In this document: one piece after another, positions 39,706 to 46,970 of the stretch
Layout of the letters: each line of letters starts with the position of its first letter
How positions within the stretch are numbered: position 1 is the stretch's first letter
Source of the DNA: Thermosynechococcaceae cyanobacterium
GTDB taxonomy: Bacteria > Cyanobacteriota > Cyanobacteriia > Thermosynechococcales > Thermosynechococcaceae
Direction: 5' to 3'
Assembly: GCA_041752855.1 (NCBI GenBank)
Contig: JBGSVR010000334.1
Span: 1 to 46,970, forward strand
Length of the DNA: 46,970 nt
Translations under genes and position numbers: made by a program
The notes under the pieces: generated by a model
The model's input: the letters and a program-made list of their open reading frames with translations, nothing else
Database searches by the model: none
What the model was told of the DNA's origin: nothing

Positions 39706-40047
39706 TTACGGTCTGCCAATGGGGCGAATGCCGCTGACGCTTTCGCGGAACTGCTCAACATCTTCGGTGTAGCGGATGGGCAGTACGTACTCTAGGTTTT
39801 CGTGGGGGCGCGCAATGATGTGGGTAGACAATACTTGCCCACCATTGACGCGGCGCACGTTGTCGATTCCGGCAGCAACGGAAGCCTGGACTTCAGAAAC
39901 GTCTCCCCGCACGATGACGGTGACGCGACCACTCCCAATTTTTTCGTAGCCCACCAGCGTGACGCGGGCGGCTTTTACCATTGCATCGGCTGCTTCTACA
40001 ACAGCGGGAAACCCTAGGGTTTCAATCATGCCAACTGCGATCGCCAT
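39706..40047 (-). CDS. ccmK1: Carboxysome shell hexamer CcmK1 (C-terminally extended)
   Basis: [29 protein letters not shown] with an 11-aa C-terminal extension; GGAGA before ATG 40047. Confidence 0.93.
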   Translation of the reverse strand: MAIAVGMIETLGFPAVVEAADAMVKAARVTLVGYEKIGSGRVTVIVRGDVSEVQASVAAGIDNVRRVNGGQVLSTHIIARPHENLEYVLPIRYTEDVEQFRESVSGIRPIGRP

Positions 40048-40103
40048 AACATTATTCTCCAAAAATTAAAAAGATAAACTTTGAAAACCTAGCCATCCAG
40101 AAC

Positions 40104-40412
40104 CTAGGTTCTAAACTGCTCAACGTCTTCGGTGTAGCGGATAGGCAGCACATACTCTAGGTTTTCGTGAGGGCGCGCAATGATGTGCGTTGAAAGCACT
40201 TCTCCACCATTGACCCGCTTTGCAGACTCAACACCTGCGGCAACAGAAGCCTGAACCTCAGACACATCCCCTCGCACGATCACGGTGACGCGACCACTGC
40301 CGATCTTTTCGTAGCCCACCAGCGTCACCCGCGCTGCCTTAACCATTGCGTCCGCTGCTTCTACAACAGCAGGAAAGCCTTTGGTCTCAATCATTCCAAC
40401 CGCAATCGGCAT
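40104..40412 (-). CDS. ccmK2: Carboxysome shell hexamer CcmK2
   Basis: 102-aa BMC protein ending [10 protein letters not shown]; first gene of the operon. Confidence 0.93.
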   Translation of the reverse strand: MPIAVGMIETKGFPAVVEAADAMVKAARVTLVGYEKIGSGRVTVIVRGDVSEVQASVAAGVESAKRVNGGEVLSTHIIARPHENLEYVLPIRYTEDVEQFRT

Positions 40413-41082
40413 AACACTCTCCTAACGTAATTCCTAACGTAAAATTGATCGCTTCACCTTTGTTCAGGACTGAAGGAGCCACCCTTAGCTCGTTGTTGCA
40501 CGGGGATACTCATCGTTCTATGTCATAAAGGCTTTCAGGCTTATGAAACTAAGAATAGAGTTGCTGTGCTCCTTTTGACAATATAAGTTTCAATGATAGT
40601 TTCAAATTTAAGACATTAGCTCAGCTAATAGTCTCTCACGAAGAGAGTTGCCCCAAACTCAGTCCATTGAAACCGCTGCGGAAACCGCGAGTGCCCCTTT
40701 ATAAAAATATTATTAAACGGGTCTCATAAGTAAGAATCAGAGAAACGATTGATCATTTTTTATAACGCGGCTCTTTTCTTGCGCATCGTTGAGGTCTAAG
40801 CTGAGGTTTAATCATTTGACCTGAGACGATCAAAAATAAGGCTCTAAAAAACGCGCCTTTTTGCTGAAGCGTTTGCTCAGCATGATGTCTAGCGATCAAG
40901 CCTTTGCGTGGCGGCAAAGAATATTGTGATTCCGTTGATGGGGCAGTCATCAATTTCGAGGTGCTTTCAATAAAGCTCGTGAGCTGTTGTACCTACGACT
41001 GATACAGCAATGAGTGCCTTAAAATTGGAATTAAGTTTTGTAAATAACTCGGTTAGGGCGGCGATCGCAATGGAACGTTCCC

Positions 41083-42918
41083 ATGAATGACATTCTGGTG
41101 CAAACAAGTTGGTGGGTGCCCTGCTATGGGCTGTTGGGGGCGTTGCTGACCCTGCCGTGGTCGATGGGCTTGGTAAAGCGTTCGGGGCCTCGTCCTGCGG
41201 CCTATTTCAACATTTTGATGACGGTGGTTTCACTGGTTCACGGCACCTTGGCGTTTCGAGCAACTTGGCATCAGGAGCCAGTGCAGCTTGTCTTTCACTG
41301 GCTCACAGTGGCCGACTTTGATTTAACGTTTTTGGTCGAAATTTCTTCGACAACGATGGGCGTGATGGAGCTGGTGACAAGCCTCAGCTTTTTGGCTCAG
41401 ATCTTTGCTCTAGGCTACATGGAAAAAGACTTCGCCTTAGCACGGTTCTTTGGGCTAATGGGCTTTTTTGAAGCGGCAATGAGCGGCCTTGCCATTAGCA
41501 ATTCACTGTTTTTAAGCTACGCCTTATTAGAGATGCTGACGCTCTCGACCTACCTATTGGTGGGCTTTTGGTACGCCCAGCCTTTGGTTGTAACCGCAGC
41601 GCGGGATGCATTTTTAACCAAGCGGGTAGGGGATATTTTGCTGCTGATGGGGGTGGTGACGCTTTCTGTGCTGGCAGGAAGCCTAAATTTTCCGGATTTA
41701 TATGACTGGGCAGAGACAGCAACGTTAACCCCCTTAGTTGCAACGCTCCTGGGGCTGGCGCTGATTGCGGGGCCTTCAGGTAAATGTGCGCAGTTTCCGT
41801 TTCACCTTTGGTTAGATGAGGCTATGGAGGGACCTAACCCTGCCTCAATTTTGCGAAATTCTGTGGTGGTGTCGTCGGGTGCCTATTTTTTAATTAAGCT
41901 CCAGCCCATCCTAAACCTATCGCCCGTGGCGTTGACGACGCTGGTGGTGATTGGCAGCATTACCGCCATTGGTGAGTCTTTGGTGGCGATCGCCCAAATT
42001 GACATCAAGCGCGCCCTCTCTCACTCCACCAGCGCCTACTTGGGGCTGGTGTTTATTGCCGTAGGGATGCAGTGGACGAACGTGGCCTTTTTGCTGCTGT
42101 TTACCCATGCGATCGCCAAAGCCTTAATTTTTATGAGCGTGGGGGGACTCATCATCACCACCAATACGCAAGACCTCACAGAGTACGGCGGGCTGTGGTC
42201 ACGGATGCCTGCCACCACGACCTCTTTTGTAGTGGGGGCTTCGGCACTGGTTGGGCTGTTTCCGCTGGGCTGTTTTTGGGCTTTTGAGCGCGGTTTAGAT
42301 ATCTACTGGTACGACCAACCGCTGCTGGCGGCAATTGTGTTGACGGTCAATCTACTGACTGCCATTAACCTCACCCGGATTTTTCGACTGGTCTTTTTGG
42401 GTGCCTCTCAGCCCAAAACGCGGCGTGCCCCAGAAGTGCCTTGGCCGATGGCGGTACCGATGGTGTCCATGATTATCGTGACGCTTCTATCTCCTTTGAT
42501 GATGATGCGTTTATCGCTGCTGCCCAACCTTGCCTACATCAACAAAAGCGCGGCGGCAGCACTGGTGCTGTCTGGCGTTATTGGCTGTAGCATTGGCGCA
42601 ACCCTAAATCTGAATCGATCAATGGCGCGACCCATTCAGAAGCCACTGCGGGTTCTGCAAGATATTTTGGCCTACGATTTTTATATTGATCGGCTGTATC
42701 GCGTCACGGTGGTGTTTGTCGTGGCATATCTGTCGCAGATCACAGCCTGGATTGATCGCTATATCGTGGATGGCCTAGTCAACGCCATTGGGCTAGCTTC
42801 TGTGCTGAGTGGAGAGAGTTTGAAATACAGCGCTTCGGGACAGTCTCAGTTTTATATGCTGACAATCTTGATAGGGGTTGGCATTTTGGGGCTGTTATTC
42901 ACCTGGACCTTGTGGTAA
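41083..42918 (+). CDS. ndhF4: NDH-1 subunit F, CO2-uptake type (NdhF4)
   Basis: GPRPAAYFN, AARDAFLTKRVGD and HLWLDEAMEGPNPAS; F4 rather than F3 inferred from cupB and ccm linkage. Confidence 0.85.
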   Translation: MNDILVQTSWWVPCYGLLGALLTLPWSMGLVKRSGPRPAAYFNILMTVVSLVHGTLAFRATWHQEPVQLVFHWLTVADFDLTFLVEISSTTMGVMELVTSLSFLAQIFALGYMEKDFALARFFGLMGFFEAAMSGLAISNSLFLSYALLEMLTLSTYLLVGFWYAQPLVVTAARDAFLTKRVGDILLLMGVVTLSVLAGSLNFPDLYDWAETATLTPLVATLLGLALIAGPSGKCAQFPFHLWLDEAMEGPNPASILRNSVVVSSGAYFLIKLQPILNLSPVALTTLVVIGSITAIGESLVAIAQIDIKRALSHSTSAYLGLVFIAVGMQWTNVAFLLLFTHAIAKALIFMSVGGLIITTNTQDLTEYGGLWSRMPATTTSFVVGASALVGLFPLGCFWAFERGLDIYWYDQPLLAAIVLTVNLLTAINLTRIFRLVFLGASQPKTRRAPEVPWPMAVPMVSMIIVTLLSPLMMMRLSLLPNLAYINKSAAAALVLSGVIGCSIGATLNLNRSMARPIQKPLRVLQDILAYDFYIDRLYRVTVVFVVAYLSQITAWIDRYIVDGLVNAIGLASVLSGESLKYSASGQSQFYMLTILIGVGILGLLFTWTLW

Positions 42919-42946
42919 GGGAAAACAAAGTGGTAGAGGAAAATAA

Positions 42947-44479
42947 ATGCTGAGCATACTTCTTTGGATTCCGCTGATAGGGGCGATCGCCATTGCGCTA
43001 TGGCCTAACTTTCAGTCTGGACGGCAGGTGAAGCAATTCAGCCTAGTCGTGTCTGTGCTGGCGCTGGTGTGGACGGCTGTGATTGGGTCGCAGTTTGATA
43101 TTGCGATCGCCGGATCACAGTTTCAAGAAACCATCCCGTGGCTGGATAGTTTAGGGCTGCGGTACCAGGTGGGCATTGATGGCCTTTCCTTTCCTCTCGT
43201 TGCCCTTAATAGCCTTTTGACCTGCATTGCCCTCTACAGCACAGATGATGAAATCGAGCGTCCACGATTTTACTACAGCCTCATGCTGCTGCTGAATTTT
43301 GGCGTAGTGGGCGCGTTTTTAGCAGAAAATATGCTGCTATTTTTCCTGTTTTATGAGATTGAGCTGATTCCCCTATACCTGCTGATTGGGATCTGGGGTG
43401 GGGCACGGCGCGGCTATGCCGCAACCAAGTTTTTAATTTACACCGCCGTTTCTGGCATCGCTATCTTAGGCAGCTTTTTGGGATTGGTCTGGCTGAGCGG
43501 AGCCGATAGCTTCGCCTACCAGCCCGATTTAGCCCATTCTCTATCGCTAACGCAGCAGGTGCTGCTGTTGGGTGGGCTACTTTTGGGCTTTGGCATCAAA
43601 ATTCCCCTCGTCCCCTTGCATACCTGGCTCCCCGATGCCCACGTTGAGGCATCTACACCTGTGTCTGTTCTGCTGGCTGGGGTACTGCTGAAGCTTGGCA
43701 CCTATGGTCTACTGCGGTTTGGGGTGGGGCTATTTCCTGAAGCGTGGTCTGTGCTGGCACCCTGGCTGGCGTCTTGGGCAGTGGTGAGCGTACTGTATGG
43801 GGCATTTACGGCGATCGCCCAAACTGACATGAAAAAGATGGTAGCCTTCAGCTCTGTCGGGCACATGGGCTTTATTCTGCTAGCCGCTGCCGCTGCAACC
43901 CCCCTCAGCCTAGTTGCCGTTGAGCTGCAAATGGTCAGCCACGGCCTCATTTCAGCGCTGCTATTTTTGTTAGTGGGCGTGGTCTATAAAAAAACCGGAA
44001 CCCGTGACCTCACAATTTTAAGAGGGCTGCTCAACCCAGAACGGGGACTGCCCGTGATCGGGAGCCTCATGGTGCTGGGCGTAATGGCAAGTGCAGGAAT
44101 TCCTGGCATGGTTGGGTTTATCTCTGAATTTTTAGTATTTCGCGCCAGCTTTACCGCATTTCCGGTGCAGACGCTGCTGTGCATGGTGGGGACGGGGCTA
44201 ACTGCCGTTTACTTTTTGCTGCTGGTCAACCAAGCCTTCTTTGGTCGCCTTGCCACCCGTGCCGATGGTAAGGTAGTGACATTGCCGCCCGTGGCTTGGA
44301 GCGATCGCTATCCTGGTATTCTCCTTGCACTTTTAGTCGTTTTGTTTGGACTCCAGCCCAGTTGGATTACAAGTTGGACAGAAGCCAGCATTACCCAATT
44401 GGCACAAACTGCTGCGACTCCTGTCGCGGTGCTTGCCCCAAGTGCTTCTGCTGTCTTAGGTCAATCTTCAGTTCCTTAG
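42947..44479 (+). CDS. ndhD4: NDH-1 subunit D, CO2-uptake type (NdhD4)
   Basis: HTWLPDAHVEASTP and LLNPERGLP; lies between ndhF4 and cupB. Confidence 0.85.
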   Translation: MLSILLWIPLIGAIAIALWPNFQSGRQVKQFSLVVSVLALVWTAVIGSQFDIAIAGSQFQETIPWLDSLGLRYQVGIDGLSFPLVALNSLLTCIALYSTDDEIERPRFYYSLMLLLNFGVVGAFLAENMLLFFLFYEIELIPLYLLIGIWGGARRGYAATKFLIYTAVSGIAILGSFLGLVWLSGADSFAYQPDLAHSLSLTQQVLLLGGLLLGFGIKIPLVPLHTWLPDAHVEASTPVSVLLAGVLLKLGTYGLLRFGVGLFPEAWSVLAPWLASWAVVSVLYGAFTAIAQTDMKKMVAFSSVGHMGFILLAAAAATPLSLVAVELQMVSHGLISALLFLLVGVVYKKTGTRDLTILRGLLNPERGLPVIGSLMVLGVMASAGIPGMVGFISEFLVFRASFTAFPVQTLLCMVGTGLTAVYFLLLVNQAFFGRLATRADGKVVTLPPVAWSDRYPGILLALLVVLFGLQPSWITSWTEASITQLAQTAATPVAVLAPSASAVLGQSSVP

Positions 44480-44841
44480 AATCATGGATTTAATAACCCC
44501 CAACGTTGCACTCCCTCACCCAGCCCCTCTCCTGCGCATGGCTACGGTGTACGCACAAGTCTAAGAAAATCCCCTCCTCGGAGGGGTGCCCGTAGGGCGG
44601 GGTGGGTTCGTCAGTAGCACCATGACGAACCCACCCCTGCCCCTCCGAGGAGGGGATTGATGAATTGGTTTCTAGCAAAAACCTTTACGGAATGGAAACT
44701 TTAAGACTTGTGTGTACACGGTAGCCCAAAGCGGGAGAGGGTGTCCCCCTTCTCCCGCTAGGAGAAGGGGTTAGGGGATGAGGGAGTGCAAAGCGCACGG
44801 CTTCTAAGCCATTCTTTAGGTTATTTAATTCACGACCCTTA
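44476..44841. mobile_element. Nested non-autonomous repeat/MITE composite
   Basis: Four concentric inverted-repeat pairs, including ggctacggtgtacgcacaagtct (44540-44562) and agacttgtgtgtacacggtagcc (44704-44726). Confidence 0.8.
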
Positions 44842-44888
44842 GCGAAGCCTTTCTAAAGTAGCGCTGATTTTTTTGCGGAAGTCATGTT

Positions 44889-46031
44889 ATGTCAAACACT
44901 GCTCAGCTCAAATCCAAGCATCCCTACGCCGAGTACATCGAACGGATTCAGCAGGGGAAAACCCTTCTCCCCGATACGCCGGAGAACGTCTTAGAGGTCG
45001 TAGGCGTCCTCAAAAGCTATGGCGTCGTGATGGACGCATACTACAAAAATTTGATTTACATCGCTGAAGGGCAATTCCTAGAACTTTTTCCATTTTTCAA
45101 ATACTTTGACGGGAAAATCACGATCGCCAAGCTGATGCGCCACTTGTGGCATGACCGCATTAACTTTGAATACGCCGAATACTGCATGAAGGTAATGCAG
45201 TGGCACGGCGGCGGCGGACTCGATGAGTATCTTGAATCTGAGACGTTTCGCAAATGTGCCCAAAAAGCCATTAATGCTAAAACGCGCGGCAACTTTTTTA
45301 TTCGTGGACTCAATAAAGCCTTCCCTGAGTTTTTGCTAGAGCAGGTTCGGCAGTCGGTTTACTACAGCGTTTTAGGCCAATTTTGGGATGTCATGTGTGA
45401 GATTTTCCTCACGCTATCTGACTTGTACGATCAGGGCAAAATTACGACGGTTTCTCAAATTGTTGAGCATGTCAAAGCTGGACTTGTTAGAGCAGCCAGT
45501 AAACCCATTATCTATGCCGTAGAAATTGGGGGGCAGCGCTACAACATTATTCCTAAATCGGCAAAGCTGACTTTTTTGGCAGATGCAGCAATTCCCTATG
45601 TAGAAACCATCTTTTTTAGGGGAACGCCCTTTTTGGGCACAGTTTCTTACAACGCCCAAGCACAGCAGATTCCCTTTGATCAAGGCCGTTTTGCCTACGG
45701 TGCCCTTTATGCAGACCCACTCCCCATTGGTGGTGCTGGCATTCCGCCCACGCTGCTCATGCAGGACATGCGCCACTACATTCCAGACTATTTGCATCAG
45801 GTGTACCAACAAACCATCCGTAAAGAAGATGACCTGCTGATCAAGCTGTGCGAGAGTTTTCAGAAGTCGATGTTTTGCGTCACAAATGCAACCATTGTGG
45901 GGCTAATGCCTCATCCCATCGACACCCCTGACCCCAAAGAACAAACAACAAACTTGGTGTACCTCCAAGGCTGGATGGATCGGCTGCGATCATCACAGCT
46001 AGAGTCTGTTCAAATTGGGTCTGCGTCGTAG
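44889..46031 (+). CDS. cupB: CO2 hydration protein CupB (ChpX)
   Basis: HDRINFEYAEYC, FFRGTPFLGTVSYNAQA and GIPPTLLMQDMRH; the 380-aa length fits CupB better than the longer CupA. Confidence 0.88.
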   Translation: MSNTAQLKSKHPYAEYIERIQQGKTLLPDTPENVLEVVGVLKSYGVVMDAYYKNLIYIAEGQFLELFPFFKYFDGKITIAKLMRHLWHDRINFEYAEYCMKVMQWHGGGGLDEYLESETFRKCAQKAINAKTRGNFFIRGLNKAFPEFLLEQVRQSVYYSVLGQFWDVMCEIFLTLSDLYDQGKITTVSQIVEHVKAGLVRAASKPIIYAVEIGGQRYNIIPKSAKLTFLADAAIPYVETIFFRGTPFLGTVSYNAQAQQIPFDQGRFAYGALYADPLPIGGAGIPPTLLMQDMRHYIPDYLHQVYQQTIRKEDDLLIKLCESFQKSMFCVTNATIVGLMPHPIDTPDPKEQTTNLVYLQGWMDRLRSSQLESVQIGSAS

Positions 46032-46155
46032 GTGCAAGATTTAGGATGATATCGAGCGACGACACCATCCTAAGGTTTAATGAAGGGTAGAGGCTCCCAA
46101 AGACTTGTATTAGCGCAAGTTGAGGTCAGCCAAATGTTTGCGTAGGGACGAAGGT

Positions 46156-46818
46156 GTGGCTGTAAATTCATCTGCCCGATTGAATAAGGTTTTGGTGGTT
46201 CTCAATGGCAAGGGGGGCGTTGGCAAGACCACTACTGCCGTGAGTTTGGCTGCAATCTTATCTGCAACGTACAAAGTTTTGCTGGTGGATGCTGACCCTC
46301 AGGGTTCGGCTTCTTGGTGGGCAGAGCAGAGTGAGACCAGTCTAGGATTTGACATTGCAAAGGAAACCAACCCCGCTTTGCTCAAAGATCTAAAAGACGC
46401 TAAAACCTACGGCGTTGTGGTGGTCGATACGCCTCCAGCGTTGGCATCTGAAGCACTGGCGGCGGTGATTCCAGCAGCAGACTACTTAATCTTGCCAACG
46501 CCTCCAGCTCCGATGGACTTGGCGGCTCTGGTGCAGACGGTTAGAAGTGCGGTACTGCCCAGTGGCGTGATGCATCGCGTTTTGCTAACGAAGGTCGATC
46601 CACGCAGTATTAAAGAAGCCCATGACGCGCAAAATACCCTTCGGGAATTGAGTATTCCGGTCTGTACGGCGTTTATTCGAGCTTACAAAGCCCACGAACG
46701 GGCTGCGATAGAAGGCAAGACGATTCTGCAATGGCAGGGACGCAATACTGACCAAGCGGGTTCGGACTACCATCAGGTGGTTGCAGAAATTGAAAAAGAC
46801 TGGAGGAAAAAATCATGA
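46156..46818 (+). CDS. mcdA: ParA-family ATPase, probable carboxysome-positioning McdA
   Basis: KGGVGKTT deviant Walker [12 protein letters not shown] and DTPP; adjacent to the ccm/ndh locus; start uncertain. Confidence 0.72.
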   Translation: MAVNSSARLNKVLVVLNGKGGVGKTTTAVSLAAILSATYKVLLVDADPQGSASWWAEQSETSLGFDIAKETNPALLKDLKDAKTYGVVVVDTPPALASEALAAVIPAADYLILPTPPAPMDLAALVQTVRSAVLPSGVMHRVLLTKVDPRSIKEAHDAQNTLRELSIPVCTAFIRAYKAHERAAIEGKTILQWQGRNTDQAGSDYHQVVAEIEKDWRKKS

Positions 46819-46970
46819 CGCGCCGCAATCTTTCGGATATTTTGCGACAAGAGGTAAAGAAGGAAACGCCGGAGACTTCTGAACCAGAATCTAAGCCTGT
46901 CGCGGTTGAAAAGTCAGAAACAGTTGATGCTGCCGCCGTCGCCACCAGCTCTAGCCGTGCGCGTAAATCT
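46815..46970 (+). CDS. mcdB: Partial gene, probable McdB (truncated by window end)
   Basis: ATGA overlap with the parA-like gene; [17 protein letters not shown] then a disordered stretch; open to the window end and absent from the ORF track. Confidence 0.62.
   Translation, partial: MTRRNLSDILRQEVKKETPETSEPESKPVAVEKSETVDAAAVATSSSRARKS

Noticed and set aside
40413-41082. LysR (CcmR/CmpR) boxes, the tcctaacgtaa duplication at 40420-40442 and a 66-aa ORF in the ccmK2-ndhF4 spacer
   Set aside because: T-N11-A matches are uninformative in AT-rich DNA, the two-copy repeat is too short to interpret, and the ORF has no support
44490-44678. 62-aa ORF as a transposase remnant
   Set aside because: It lies entirely within nested inverted repeats and has no transposase motifs
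41083-46031. High-affinity ndhF3/ndhD3/cupA system
   Set aside because: The Cup protein is only 380 aa, no cupS follows, and ccm linkage favours the F4/D4/CupB system
46041-46073. Hairpin after cupB as a terminator
   Set aside because: Only an 8-bp perfect stem with mismatches inside and no convincing U-tract

Overview
A beta-cyanobacterial chromosome segment, shown by abundant HIP1 GCGATCGC octamers and a beta-carboxysome locus. Left to right it holds: (1) the housekeeping run fusA(3' end)-tuf-rpsJ-LON N-domain gene-pheA-DUF1997; (2) a general-stress/desiccation-type cluster (PRC-barrel/LEA-like, CsbD, Psb35-like, Dps); (3) a ~24 kb accessory block (about 9.2-33.2 kb); (4) a YegS-type lipid kinase and two LEA-like genes; (5) the CO2-concentrating locus ccmK2K1LMNO, ndhF4-ndhD4-cupB and probable mcdAB. 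The accessory block contains two coupled AAA/STAND-type genes and, divergently, a thioesterase-less type I PKS (KS-AT-DH-degenerate ER-KR-ACP). The PKS is followed by an alpha-oxoamine synthase (AONS/SPT-like), a stand-alone enoyl-thioester reductase, a metallo-beta-lactamase-fold hydrolase and an FAD oxidoreductase, then V4R and PadR genes and a DevBCA exporter with an unusual DevB fusion. The best candidate for an undescribed system is this PKS/oxoamine-synthase cluster, which may make and export a sphingoid-like amino-lipid or amino-ketone signal. Other observations are a shared palindrome upstream of the stress genes on both sides of the block, PadR operator repeats and a four-layer nested repeat element. 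All calls come from reading motifs by eye; no searches were run.
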